From Chiloscyllium plagiosum (Eukaryota), in NCBI RefSeq assembly GCF_004010195.1, contig NC_057728.1, positions 42,336,469-42,383,837 of the forward strand: a stretch of DNA of 47,369 nucleotides, given 5' to 3'. Of this stretch, positions 13,556 through 25,612 are shown in pieces (the first letter of the stretch is position 1; each line of letters begins with the position of its first letter). The notes beneath the pieces are model-generated. The model was not told where the DNA came from and made no database searches. It saw nothing but the letters and a program-made list of their open reading frames with translations. Position numbers and translations under genes: made by a program.

Positions 13556-14829
13556 ATGACCTACAGGCATCCTGAGACCATGGCCCCTTGTTGTGGCCAG
13601 GGGAAATATATTCCTGCATCTAGTCTCTCTAGCTCTGTCAGTCAGACTTTTATACTTTTCATTTTATTTCCCTCTCGTTTGTCTAAACACCAGTAATACA
13701 GGCAACAATACTCAGGAGTCAGATTGGTGAATGTTCACTGCAATCCCTTTTCGTAGATAAGGAAACCAAAACTGCACATAAATGTCCAAGGCCCCGCATA
13801 GCCGCTTTAAGACCTTCTTGCTCCTGTACACAAATTCTCTTATAATAAAGTCCAACATACCACTTGCCTTCCTAATCGCTTGGCGTACATGTATTTTTTT
13901 TTCCAGTGACCAGTACACAAGAACATCCAGGTTTATTAATCTATCACCATTTAAATAATACTGTACTTTTCTGTTTCACCTAGCAAAATGGACAACATTA
14001 TATTATACATTGTACTCCATTTGCCAAATATTTCCCCACTCAAAGTGTTTAAATTGTCCAAATCCTCTTTACACCCTCTTCATCACTTCCACTTAACTTT
14101 GCGTCATCAGCAAACTTGGAAATATTACACACAATGCCTTCATCTGAATCTTTGCTATATATTGTAATTGATGGGGCCCAAGCATTGATACCTATGGAAC
14201 CTCGCTTGACACCACTTTCAACTCCAACAATGACACACTTTCTCCTACTCTTGCTTTTCTGTCAGCTAACTAATTCTCAATCTATACCAATGTACTATCA
14301 CAGCTTTGATTTTGCACAATAACCTCTCACATGGGACTTTATCAAAAGTTGTCTGAAAATCCAAGTAATCACATCCTCTGGTTCCCCCTCATCTATTCTA
14401 AAAGCTAAAGCCTTAAAATTCTCTGGCAGGTTTGTCAAACACAATTCAAAAATGTTCTGCTTCAGCTTCCTCTGATCAAATTTTAAAACTGACTATCCAC
14501 TGACCCTTGAGTTCTAAGTTACCATTGGAAAACCTCACAACAGAGACCATCACCCCTCAACACACACTCAACTTGTCTATCCAACCTCATGATTCTGCAG
14601 CTTTGAGAGCATGAACTGTTTCACAACCTGAGAAACTAGTCAATGGAGCTGAATACCTCTAATATTTTGACAGTGGAACTGAAGATTACCTGAGGCTCTA
14701 CTGCAATGAATTATGGAACTTAGCTGATTGTCACCCTCTCACAACCATAACCATGTTCCTTTGTACCAGGTAGCACAATCACTGCCTCCACAAAAGTGCC
14801 AGAAATTTGAAAGTTGCCCAATGACTTAC

Positions 14830-14891
14830 CTGCTGGAAGCCATGCTTGCTCAAGGATGGTTGGATCGTAAATTTCAGCTTTGTGTCAACTC
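14830..14891 (-). CDS. TBC1D30: TBC1D30 first shared exon
   Basis: Acceptor ctttgtccccaattAG, donor CAG|GTAAGT; 62 nt, phase 1 to 0. Encodes (R/G)VDTKLKFTIQPSLSKHGFQQ. Confidence 0.95.
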
Positions 14892-15316
14892 CTAATTGGG
14901 GACAAAGGACAATATTAATGTAATGTACACAGGAGATTGGATTTGCAAACACCCAAAGCTTGGGCAGTTCTTGCATAAGGATAAATGAGTTACATTTGTT
15001 TCAGAGAAACTTGTTAGTTGAATTATGGGACTGTTTGCCATACAGCCATGATGCATTTAAGAGATACCAACATCTGCATGTTTCGCCAGAGAATGTCAAA
15101 TGATAGTATTTCTTCGGGATTCTCGCAATGCAGCCCACCAGCTGATGAGTGACAAAAGATAAGGAGCAATCTTGAGGCAGGGGAGATTGTCTTTAGCTCA
15201 TCTGTACCTTTAATTTGAGAGCTCAGGATCCGGGAGGTACCATTACTCAAAGTTTAGATCAGAGTGGTGCTGGAAAAGCACAGCAGTTCAGGCAGCATGC
15301 GAGGAGCAGGAAAATC

Positions 15317-15344
15317 GACGTTTCGGGCAAAAGCCCTTCATCAG
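15317..15344 (-). ncRNA. Minimal hammerhead ribozyme core (intact)
   Basis: CTGATGA-A-GGGC-TTTT-GCCC-GAAA-CG-TC on the minus strand: complete core with a perfect 4-bp stem II; stems I and III are minimal. Confidence 0.7.
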
Positions 15345-15400
15345 GAATAGAGGCAGGAAGCCTCCAGATCTCTCCACCCTTGAGCACCCTGCCTCTATCC

Positions 15401-15428
15401 CTGATGAAGGGCTTTTGGCCGAAACGTC
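15401..15428 (+). ncRNA. Minimal hammerhead ribozyme core (one stem II mismatch)
   Basis: CTGATGA-A-GGGC-TTTT-GGCC-GAAACGTC. Confidence 0.6.
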
Positions 15429-15549
15429 GATTTTACTGCTCCTCGGATGCCGCCTGACCTGGTGTGCTTTTCCAGCACCACTCTGATCTAAACTCTGGTT
15501 TCCAGCATCTGCAGTCCTCACTTTTGCCTATAATTACTCAAACCCCATT

Positions 15550-16900
15550 ATGCGCTGTTCACAAACCACCGGTGCTGAAGTGGAGCGGCGCTGTTTCAGC
15601 AAGATTGTGCAATATAGCCAGCTCCTCGCCATGACGGCAGGCCAGAGGAGGTCGAGATGTGTGTACAGAGTTCCTCGGTCCATGGCTGTTACTGGGAGCC
15701 GGGGAGTTCATGCTGCTTTTGCTTCTATTTTAATCCAGGCGTCGCTGAGGTGTGTGTATGTGTATCTGACGCCAGCACCCTCGCCCATCTCACTGACAAT
15801 TCCAGACCCGCAGCATCAGGGAGTCCCATATCATCCTGTCCCCCAAATCCCTGCTTCCATCACACCTTTATTCCTCCTGTACCATTCCCCCAACATCGGC
15901 TGCCGCTAATCGATTAAAACACACACACACAGACTCCCAGCCTATTATTGTCAAGACACAAATATCTCGCCATTCCGATCCTGCCAATTTGGCGTGTGCA
16001 TATACAAGCCAGCTACATCCATTATGCACCAAATCAATTCATTCTCGCTGGCGAATTGAAGTCCACATTTTAAATAAAAACAGACGCTTGCAGGCACAGT
16101 TTCGACATGGCACACCTAACCCGTGCTTGTTCGACTGCATTGCATATTGGACAATAGGACACACACACAGAGTAGGGCGATCCGTGGAAGTCACGGGTTT
16201 TGAATTTTTTTTTGGAAAAATTGAAAACAGGCTTCACCTGGTTCGAGTGTGCACAGCAGCCGCGGTGCTGTCCTAGAAATGCAGTTCCTCTTTTTCAGGA
16301 CATTGCTGATGATATTGGTCATACCCACCGCCGTGTTCTGCTTTTTCACACACTTGCCAACGCGTTTGCCTGAAGACAGGGAGTGTTTACCCTTTTTCAT
16401 TCCGGCTCCACAATCTCGAAACCTTATTCCCTTAGAAACGGCTCTTGGATTTGTGCAGCGTGCTCAGGTAGAATCCCGAATCCCAATCTGCGGTCATACC
16501 GAGGGTTTTTGTTGTTGTGGTGGTTTCAAATGGCCTGAGCATCGACGCGGAAATCAGCCGCACGATAGCGTGGGTGTGCGCTGACCTGGACAAAGATTGT
16601 TCTGCCTTGGCCCCCGGAAGGTGCGCTCTGGCCCGGAGACAGCTGCAGTGCTGCAGCACCAACGGGATTCTCTGACTGCAGTCAGTGTGACCGCCCACCT
16701 TCACACAGCATTGGCGACAGAAAGCCAAGCCTGCAACCTCCTGACTGCTGGCGGCCCTCTGAACACAATAAACCGGCAGAAAGCAAAACCGACTCCTCTT
16801 AGGTAACAAATTGCCTCTGCAAATGGCAGGGGCAATCCGACAGTGGTCTGAAAGCTGCTTTCTTGGTGTCAGCATCATCACGATCTGATCAGCATTACAA
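15550..16900 (-). promoter_or_regulatory. CpG-rich island around the proximal alternative first exon (internal promoter)
   Basis: Many intact CpGs and no recognisable repeats around exon 16400-16238; short (CA)n near 15918-15930. Confidence 0.55.
16238..16400 (-). CDS. TBC1D30: TBC1D30 alternative (proximal) first coding exon, short isoform
   Basis: ATG at 16400. Encodes MKKGKHSLSSGKRVGKCVKKQNTAVGMTNIISNVLKKRNCISRTAPRLLCTLEP(G), matching the recalled short TBC1D30 N-terminus (ILSNVLKKRSCISRTAPRLLCTLEPG). Donor CCAG|GTGAAG; 163 nt, phase 1, compatible with the exon starting at 14891. Confidence 0.92.
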
Positions 16901-17014
16901 AACTGCACTGGGCAATATCCCTGACAAATTCAGATGGAAGGCAACAGGTCATTTTTCAGAAAAAGACAACCCATTTCTTCCCCGGTATAAACCCACCCTA
17001 TCTTTCGATACCAC

Positions 17015-17196
17015 AAAAGGTGCTGGAGAAACCCAGCAGAGAGGGGAAAAAAAAGTTAACATTTGTAAGGGTCACTGGACTCGAAATGCTAACTCTGTTT
17101 CTCCCTCCACGGATGTTGCCTGGCCTTTTGGGTTTCTCCAGACACTTTCTGTTTTTTGTTTCAGATGTCCAGCATCCACAAATGTTTGTTTTATTT
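17015..17196. mobile_element. Old decayed PLE-derived short element (partial fold-back, degenerate hammerhead)
   Basis: gtgctggagaaacccagc...gttaacattt followed by aagggtcactggactcgaaatgctaactctg...gggtttctccag...ccagcatcc. Related fragments at ~10022-10110 (+) and ~42435-42530 (-). No TSD discernible. Confidence 0.55.
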
Positions 17197-18089
17197 GAAA
17201 GTTCTTCAATGATTCTGGGGAAATCTGTCAGGATTTGCACAAACCCCAACTGATGGTGGTTCTGCTGTTAATTTAAAAAGAGGTGATCCTTCAAAAACAT
17301 TTCAGGCCCAATGAGGCCACTTCTGCTCACTCCCTTATCCATTTTTGCATGAATGGCAGTAGCTAGGACACACAGCAGGATATGATCCAGTCTACTTAAC
17401 TTTGGGCTTTAGGCCCAGAGATGGAGTGGGTTGTGGTGCCAAGTTCTCTGGGACAGGTGGGACATGGTACATAATGTCCTACTTCACAGCTCACAAGCCT
17501 GCAGCACGAAAATTCTCCAACCGCCCATGGCTATTTGGCAGGAAGGAAAACTGCACATAAGAGAGCCTTTCACAGTCAATGGTTTTGTGCTTTTTAGCTT
17601 GTTTTTAGATTTTTCAGCTGTGGTTTGATACCTCTGAGTCATCATGAATGTTTCTGATAATTGTTTTAGTTTTAATATCTGCTTTGAGCGGACCAAATCA
17701 ATTGGCTCCGAAGATCCCCATTTTCTAATCTGTTAAATATAATAGTTGGGCTGCATAGAGTTGGCAAACAAATCAGGCAGCCTGAGAGATATTTTAATTT
17801 CCTGCTGGCAACCACATTGCCACATCTGTAGGGAAACCCTCCTTTGATAAATTTTGTGCTAGTGGAGAAGATGGTTCTGGCACTGTCAATGTATGTTGCT
17901 GCAAGGGGGAACTGGAGGGCAGTCCCTGAGCAATGACAGAGATAAGTTGAAAGATGAAGCACAAAATGGTGGCATATGACAGAGCTGTTAGTACAAGTGA
18001 GTGACAGACTGAACAAGAAAGTTCAGAGAAGGATTATGGAAACTCGAGGAGTAAATACAAAGTCTGATCTAATCATGGAAAGTAGCATA

Positions 18090-18460
18090 AGAAAACTTGT
18101 GAAAACTATGTTCCAGAACACAATTAACAGTCACTTGGAAAGCATGATTAGTAAGGGAATTTCAGTGTGGATTTCTGATTGAGGCTTCCGATGAAGCAAT
18201 ATAGAGGGTTTGCTGATGGTAATGCAGTTGATGTGATGTGTATCAATTTCCAAAAGGCACTTGATAAAGTGCAATATGACAGGTTTTTCAGCAGAACTGA
18301 AGCCCATAAGGTAAAAGTGGCAGTGGTGCCATGAATACAAAGTTGACTGATCGAGAGGAAACAGAGTGAATATTTTTCAGATTGGAGGGAGGTAGGTAGT
18401 GGAGTTCTTCAGGAACAGTATTAAGATCTCTGGTTTTCTTGATGCAAATTAATAACTTAG
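18090..18460 (+). mobile_element. Decayed CR1 RT fragment
   Basis: gcagttgatgtgatgtgtatcaatttccaaaaggcacttgataaagtg (D.FQKAFDKV-like) and ggagttcttcaggaacagtatta (GVPQGSVL-like). Confidence 0.6.
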
Positions 18461-19649
18461 GATGGGATCCTCTCTGCCCCTGAATGAGATGGGCAATAAT
18501 GAATCAGTTAGAAAAATATGGTGGGATTGGAAAAAATAACGTTCTGAACATCAAGAAAAAAATCTCATTTTCCACTCAAGGTTTTAACAATGAAATCAAA
18601 ATTGTGCTTGTGAGCAACAATAGGTCTATTTGCATTCATTTACATCTCGCTTTTAACTCATTGACATTCAACTTGTTAATCTCCTGTATTGTGAAGAGAA
18701 CCTAAACAACAAAATGTCTGATATGAAGGTCAGAGGTGGGATAGAGCAGCTCTCACTCCTCAAGGCTTCCATCTTGGCCAGTGGTCCAAGGGTGCTCTCC
18801 ATGGGTAATTACTCCCGGCATCCTACATCCACAGAGACTGGTATTGTGAATGCTCCAGCCTTGCCATATCATCATCCAAATCTATGTCACACTTAGAGTA
18901 CAATTCTCCACTTTAATGCTATGCACTGCACACCAACACTTTTCATTGCAATGCTGCTGTCAGGCTGCTTTGCATGCAGGGTCAGGCACCCAACACGCAG
19001 TGAAAGGGTGCACCTCAGGGCTCTGAACTTGCCTTCTTAGAACTCACTGACTTTGTGCCTACTTAGATACGCACAGCATTTCTACCTTGCCTTGTTTTTT
19101 GGCACTTTTCCATGTCATTCAGAACTTGCAGGCTTACAGTATTTCTGTCTTGACATACTCCCTAGCAGAGACAGAAAGCCATACAGCTTCTCATGGCTGA
19201 CAGCAGTGATCCATCAAAGGGGGTGAATATGTTGCTGCACAGTGGCACCATGCTACATCGAAGTCACACCTACACCACGTATAATAACTTATACAGCAAA
19301 CACACAGCATGTATTTCAGCCAAATGGCCATTTCTCAAACTGTTACCACAAATTGAGGATGTTCATGGTCACTGGCAAAGAACCTTGTCACCTGGCTGCA
19401 GTGGACAATATGACCTGAAGGGGTGGGTAGCCATTCTAACTTAGTGCCAGCTGTGCTAGATTTTTATGGAACCATCCCCTTCCAAGGATGTACTGGAGAA
19501 CTGGGTGGTCAATTCTCAACCCACAAATGTATCAAGGTTGTTACTGATGCAATTTGGAACAATATACTTTGCCAGCATAGCTGGCTCCCCCCCAGGCTGG
19601 ACACTGTAGATGTAAACACATCACGTTGAGAGTACCAAATCATTACATG

Positions 19650-20060
19650 ACTTTTTTTCATTCTCTTGTTGGACATGGGTGTCGTTGGCTGGCCAGAATG
19701 TACTGCCTATTCCTAGTTGCCCTTAAGAAGGTGGTGGTGAGCTGCTTTCTTGAATTGCCGCAGACCATGTCCTGCAGGTTAACCCACAATGTCATCAGGG
19801 AGGAAATTCTGTGATTTCAACCCAGCGACAGTGAAGGATTGGTGACATATTTCCAAGACAGGATAATGAGTGGCTTGGAGGGGAACTTGCAGGTGATGGT
19901 GTTCCCATGTATCTGCTACTCCAGTCCTTCTAGATGGAAGTGTTCATGGGCTTGGATGGTGTTCTCTAAGGATCTTTGGCAAATCTCTGCAGTGGATCTT
20001 GTAGATAGTATACAATGCAGCTACTGAGCATCAGTGGCGGAAGGAGTGGATACTGTGACT
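19650..20060 (-). mobile_element. 3' end of the LINE family seen at 890-4470
   Basis: Reverse-complement similarity to 4250-4470 (ccttctagatggaag, ggctggccag, ttcccatgtatctgct). Confidence 0.6.
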
Positions 20061-20984
20061 GGCTTCATTAGTAGGCTAGGGCTCCATTCCAATGTATAAG
20101 CTGTTTGTGAACATTGGTACCGCATCTCTGAAGTATGTACAAGATACTCTGGAAGCTGCCATCATGCCTATTTCTTTAAGAATTCTTATGATCCTGCTTT
20201 GCTTCAAGGGCCAGATATCTTGCAAAAATGGTTACTGGGAGACAAGAGCTAACTTGTGCAGCCATGATATTTAGTTATGTTTTATGCTATGATTCGATGA
20301 ATAATTCAATATATATTTTTCTAGAAGATTCTATAAAAGCACATCACAATATGCTGACCACATTACTACATGAAAGTGGACATGCTATAGTAATCTATAG
20401 TAGCATTTAATTACTTTTTGTATCTACCAAATTGACATCAACTACTTCTAAAAGACCTGGTTAACCAACATTGGTCTGAATGTGGGAATATCTCTTAGTG
20501 TCTGTGCCAATACAGAAAGGTTCATGCTGTGCTGAGCTAGCCATGCAGCAAAGGGCTTGCATTTCCCAAAGGACAACACAGACAATACCTTTGAGAAGAT
20601 ATGTTGCAGCATGAGCTTATGGAATGGTGCTGTGAAATGACACAGGGAACAATTTGCCTATTAAGCACTGCTAATTGAAGTTCTGATGAAAAGTCATATA
20701 TCAGAAGCATGCGGCATAATTTTCTGCTCACTTGAGTGGTGTGCAAAACGGCAAGAAAGTTGGGAAAAATTGAAAAAATCAGATCCTTAATCTTGGGAAA
20801 AGAAGCTTGCTTTTCAGCTTAGGGTTTAGACAGAGAATTCTGAATTTTACTTATGGTCAAAGGCAACTTAATTTCTTTGCATTTGCATTTCACTGTTGGC
20901 TGAAATTACCTAAGCCATATTTAAGGTCTCAATTCTCCTCTACTTTCCAGTGAGAAAGTCCAGCATGCCTGTCTCTCAACATTG

Positions 20985-22420
20985 ACATAGAAACATTGAA
21001 ACTAGGAGCAGAAGAATGCCATTCAGCCCTTCTAGCCTTCTCCATCATTCATTAGGATCATGACTGAACCTCTATCTCAATGCTTTGTTCCTGCTTTCTC
21101 CCAACACTCCTTGATGCCTTTAAAATCTTAAAAATTATTTATCTTCTTCTTGAATATATTCAGCGACTCAGCCTCCATAGCCTCATTATGAATGAAGAAA
21201 TGTTTTCTCATCTCAGTCCTGAATAGTCTACTCTGTATCCTGAGACTTTGTCCTCTGGCTTTAGACTCCCCAGTTCGGGGAAAACATCCTTCTTGCATCT
21301 TGTCTGTTCAGCACTGTTAGAATTTTGTATATTTCAATCAGATCCCTCTCATCCTCCTAAACTCTACGGAATAGGCCCAGTTAAACCAGTCTCCACTTAT
21401 AGGACACTCCTGCCACTTTGAATATCTGCCTAGTGAACTGCTGCTCAGTCTGTCCATGGCAGCTACATCTTTCCTTCGTCATAGAGACAAAAACTGTTGC
21501 ATTTTCCAGATGTGGTCTCACCAATGTCCTGGATAGCTATTGTAGGGCATTCCTACATTGAACTCAAATCCTTTTGCAGTGAAAGCCAATATACCATTTA
21601 CCTACCCAATTGCTTACTATACTCACCTGTTTGCTTTCACTGAATTATATACAAGGATACCCAGATCCCTCTGCACATCCACATTTCTCCATATATCGCC
21701 ATTTAAGTAATACACAATCTTTCTGTTTTTCACACTGAAGTCTACAACTTCATATTTGGTTATGTTGTATTAAATCTGCCATATGTTTTCTCACTTAAGT
21801 TTTCTAAATCACCTTGAAGCCTCCTTGTATCATATTCACAGCTCACAATTCTGGCCATTTGGTGTTATAAACAAACGTGTTTCCCTTATCTACATCATTT
21901 ATATGCAGTATATCATGAATATTTGGGGCCCAAATATCAATTCTTGCAGTACCCCATCAGTCACTGCTTGGCACTTGGAAAAATATCAAATTATTCCCAC
22001 TCTTTGTTGCCTGTCTATCAACCAGTTCTCAATCCATGCCAGCATATTATCCCTATCCCATGTGCTTTAATATTCTACACTAAACTTATGAGGAATCTTA
22101 TCAAAGAACTGTTTGAAAATTCAAATATACCACAATTATTGGTTCTCCTTTATCTACACTACTAATTACTTTCTCAAAAAAAAACTACAGTCGATTTATT
22201 CAAGAAGAAGATAAATAATTTTTAAGATTTTAAACCCACAGTGGCTTTGTCCAATTCTGATCATGCTTTCCAAATATTCTGTTGCCTTATCTTCCATAAC
22301 AGACCAGTATTTTCCCCACTACTGATGATAGACAAACCAGTCTCTAATTCTTTGTTTATTTTTCTCTCCCTCTGTTTTTAAATAATGGGGTTACATTTTC
22401 TACCATCTAATCTGCTCTAC
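20985..22420 (-). mobile_element. Decayed CR1 LINE
   Basis: Tail catagaaacattgaaactaggagcagaag at 20986; reverse-strand VRPHLE-like (ttccagatgtggtctcacc) and RT remnants. Confidence 0.75.
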
Positions 22421-22435
22421 AGCCTTTAGAATTTT

Positions 22436-22663
22436 GTGTGGAGTTTGCACATTCTCCCAGTGTCTGCATGGGTTTCCTCCGGGTACTCCGGTTTCCTCCC
22501 ACAGTCCAAAGATGTGCAGGTCAGGTGAATTGGCCTTGCTAAATTGCCCATAGTGTTAGGTGCATTAGTCAGAAGGAAATGGGTCTGGGTGGGTTACTCT
22601 TCAGAGGGTCAGTGTGGACTAGTTGGGCCGAAGGGCCTGTTTCCACACTATAGGGAATCTAAT
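22436..22663 (+). mobile_element. HE1/V-SINE, 5'-truncated
   Basis: V-domain gtctgcatgggtttcctccgggtactccggtttcctcccacagtccaaagatgtgc and 3' end gggccgaagggcctgtttccacact. Confidence 0.9.
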
Positions 22664-23149
22664 AAGCACCAATATATCTGCAGCTGCAGTATTCCATGAG
22701 ATGGTATCAGAGAGATAAGTTGCATGACTAATGAGCTGAAGAATGGAATTTTGCTTGACAAAGTTGATTTAGGCAATGGCAAACTGTCTACAATGAACTT
22801 CACCCGAAAAAAATATTTTGCCATAAAATAGGAAAATACAACTTATTTATCTAAGGAAGGATAAATTGGCATTGGAGGCAGTCCAGATCAGTTTAGGATA
22901 TTTGGTCGACATGGCTGAGTTGGATCAAAGGTGTTTCCATACTCTATGACTGTATGTCTAGACTGATACGAAGTATGGAGGGACTTTCTTATGAGAAGTT
23001 GAGTACATTGGGCTTGTTGGACTTGCACTTACAGTCTATCATTCCTTCCAGTGTTACCTCAGTTTGAGAACTGCTATTTTCTTATGAGATTTGAACCTGA
23101 GTCTTTTGATTTACATCTCAAGATGACAATACAATATGGGATCACAGTG

Positions 23150-23520
23150 ATTATGTTACTGGATTGAAGGCCTGAACTAATGAACAGGAAGCAAAAATTC
23201 AATTCTGTCACAGCAGGGGATTTTAATTTCAATAAACTGATTTTTCTAAAGCTTATAATAGTAATGGAGGCCATGAAACTATTGGATTTTTGCAAGAAGA
23301 AAACACATCCGGTTCACTGATGGCCTACCAAGGAGGGAAAACTAGTCTTTACCTGGTTTGGTCTATTTGCAACTCCAGACCCTCTGCAAAGTGGTTTGCT
23401 TGTAACTGTTCTAGCAAGTCACTTAGTCATGTTCAATAAGGCAACTCCCCTTCATTTTTTCAAGGACAAATAGGATTAGGCAACACCAGCAACACCGAGA
23501 TTCCATGAATGATTAAAAAC
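23150..23520 (+). mobile_element. Decayed SINE-like repeat (same family as 5795-6070)
   Basis: ggttcactgatggcc...ttacctggtttggtctatttgcaactccagaccc...ttccatgaatgattaaaa. Confidence 0.5.
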
Positions 23521-25025
23521 ATGAAAATGAGCTCTAGTGCACTTATGACTGGGAATTACAATCAATATATATTTATGTCTTGTCCATGATTTTTTTTCTT
23601 CAAAGCAGAAGCTAGTTTATTTATATTTTATTCTCCATTAGAACTTCTTTCTTTCTCTTTCAAGAACAAGAACAATCTGCCTATGGGGGAACAAGGAAAT
23701 AGCAGCAGAGTCAGATAAATATTTTGCATCATTTCTCACATTGGAAGATACTTCCAACATCTCATTAATACTGAAGAATATGGAGAAGAAATTAAGTGCC
23801 ATCATCATCATTAGAGATGTAGCATTAGACAAACTAATGGGCTGAAGTCAAATAGGTCCCGACCCTCTGATGGCTTGCATCCTCAGATCCTAAAAGAGAT
23901 TACTACAGAGATAGTAGATCCATTGGTTTTAATTTTCTAAAAACCCTCGGATTCTGGAGAAGTATCGGAGGATCAGTAAACCACCAATGTGACACTGCTG
24001 TTCAAAAAGGGAGGGATTCAAAAGGCAGGTAGTTATAGATTGATTAGCTAACAATCAATTAGTGTTAGAAAAGTATTGGAATCAATTATTTAAAAAGTAA
24101 TAGCAGGACATTTGGAAAACCATAATCTAAGCAGAATCAGCATGGCTTCATGAAACGGAAATAGTGTCTAACTAATTTATTAGAGTTTTGCGAGGAAGTC
24201 TCAGCCAGAATGAATAGAGGGGGACCGGTAGATGTGTTGTACTTGGACTTGCAGAAGACAGTCGATAAGGGTACCACACAAAAGATGGAGTCATAAGTTA
24301 ACAGTCAACTGTGTTGGAGGCAGCATATTGGCATGGATAGAGTATTGGCTATTGGGCAGGAAACCATGAGTTTAGGGACAGCTGAGCTCTTTTTCAGATT
24401 GGTGACCCAAGACCAGTGGTGTTCCTCACATTGTTGGGGTAACATATCACCATGGATAGAAGTTTGGCTTAGAAACAGAAAACAGAGAATAGGACTAAAT
24501 CGGTCTTGTTCAAACTGGCAAGATATCATGAGTAATGTGCTGCAGGGGTCAGTGCTAGGGTCTCAACTCTTCACAATTTATATAAATGATTTGTATTCAG
24601 GAATTGAAGCTTTAGAAGCTAGGTTTGCTGATAACACAAAGTTGGTAGGAAAGTGAATGGTGAAGAGGACATAAGGATGCCACCATGGGATATAGACAGG
24701 TTGAATGGGTGAGTAAAGATCTTGCAAATGGGGTACAATGTAGGAAAGTGAGTAATTATCCATTTTGTCAGAAAAGCATACTATCTAAATCATGAGGTTG
24801 CAGAACTATGAGATGCAGAAAGATCTGGGTGTCCTTGTGCAGAAATCACTGGGGGCTCATCAACAAGTACAGCAAGTAATCAGGAAAGCTAATAGAATAT
24901 GATGGTTTATTGTGAGGGGAACTGAATGCAAGAGTAGGGAGGTTATGTTTTAGTTATACAGGGCATTGGTGAGACTGCATCTGAAATACTGTACTATATA
25001 TTGTACCAGACACTGTATGTAAGAT

Positions 25026-25169
25026 AAGAGTGGTGCTGGAAAAGCACAGCTGGTCAGGCAGCATCTGAAGAGGAGTGTCGATGTTTCAGATGCTGCCTGA
25101 CCTGTGCTTTTCCAGCACCACTCTGAACTTGACTCTGATCTCCAGCATCTGCAGTACTCACTTTCGCCT
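25026..25169. mobile_element. Short PLE-derived fold-back lacking the hammerhead core
   Basis: agagtggtgctggaaaagcacag...tcaggcagcatctgaa versus ttcagatgctgcctgacctgtgcttttccagcaccactct plus 3' tail. TSD (ACT.)TATGTAAGAT at 25012-25025 and 25170-25183. Confidence 0.8.
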
Positions 25170-25245
25170 ACTCTATGTAAGATGTTAAATGTGTTTTATG
25201 CTGTTCAGAGAAGGTATGCTAGACTAATACCAGGAATGAGTGGAT

Positions 25246-25612
25246 AGCTAGGAGATGCTGGAGAGTCAGAGTCGATAAAGTGTGGCACTGGAAAAAGCAC
25301 AGCAGGTCAAGCAGTATCCGAGGAGGAGTGTTGACGTTTTTGGAATAAACTCTTTATCAGGACTGAGGAGGGGCAAGGAGGCTGAGAAATAAAGGGGGCA
25401 AAGGGGGGTGAGGCTGGGGGAAAAGGTAGGTGGGATGTAGGTAGGAGGAGATTGTGATAGGTCAGTGGGAAGGGTGGAGCGGATGGTGGGAAGGAAGATA
25501 GACAGGTAGGTCAGGTCAAGAGGCTGGTGCCGTGTCAGAAGGTTGGACCTGGGATGGGGGTGGGGAGAGGAAATTTGGAAACTGGTGAATTCATTGTCAA
25601 GGCTGTGTGATA
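25246..25612 (-). mobile_element. PLE 3' terminal region (same broad family as 15252) with pyrimidine-rich upstream part and degenerate hammerhead
   Basis: gatgctggagagtcagagtc...ctggaaaaagcacagcaggtcaagcagtatccgaggag...ttgacgtttttggaataaactctttatcagga followed by a GA-rich tract on the plus strand. Confidence 0.65.

Larger units (their letters stand above)
10395..14445 (-). mobile_element. Decayed CR1 LINE hosting the inverted Penelope-like insertion
   Basis: CR1 3' tail (catagaaacacagagaatagaagc...) at 10395. The sequence resumes after 13566 with VQFWFPYLRK, KASGMLDFI and FADD (14102-14115) remnants. Confidence 0.8.
15252..15532. mobile_element. Short non-coding PLE-derived fold-back element with two inverted hammerhead cores
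   Basis: Arms ~15251-15357 and ~15388-15494 are near-perfect reverse complements, with an extra ~37-nt tail on the right only. TSD ATTACTCAAA at 15242-15251 and 15533-15542. Confidence 0.85.

Noticed and set aside
15215..15521. Mirror-image ORFs on both strands (SLDQSGAGKA...) as a small protein family
   Set aside because: They are a by-product of the inverted repeat, with no splice or homology support; the same peptides recur wherever the repeat occurs.
15252..15532. MITE (DNA transposon) or pre-miRNA
   Set aside because: The inverted repeats are not terminal (one-sided tail), TSD length varies between copies, and solo non-inverted copies exist, all of which fit retrotransposition.
15550..16908. 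Several 85-158 aa ORFs around the proximal exon as separate genes
   Set aside because: Expected in GC-rich sequence and without recognisable domains; only 16400-16238 matches a known protein and has a phase-compatible donor.
18465..20965. Possible Harbinger-type DNA transposon remnants (also ~7990-8720 and ~29450-30180)
   Set aside because: The composition is suggestive, but I could not identify terminal inverted repeats, TSDs or transposase motifs.
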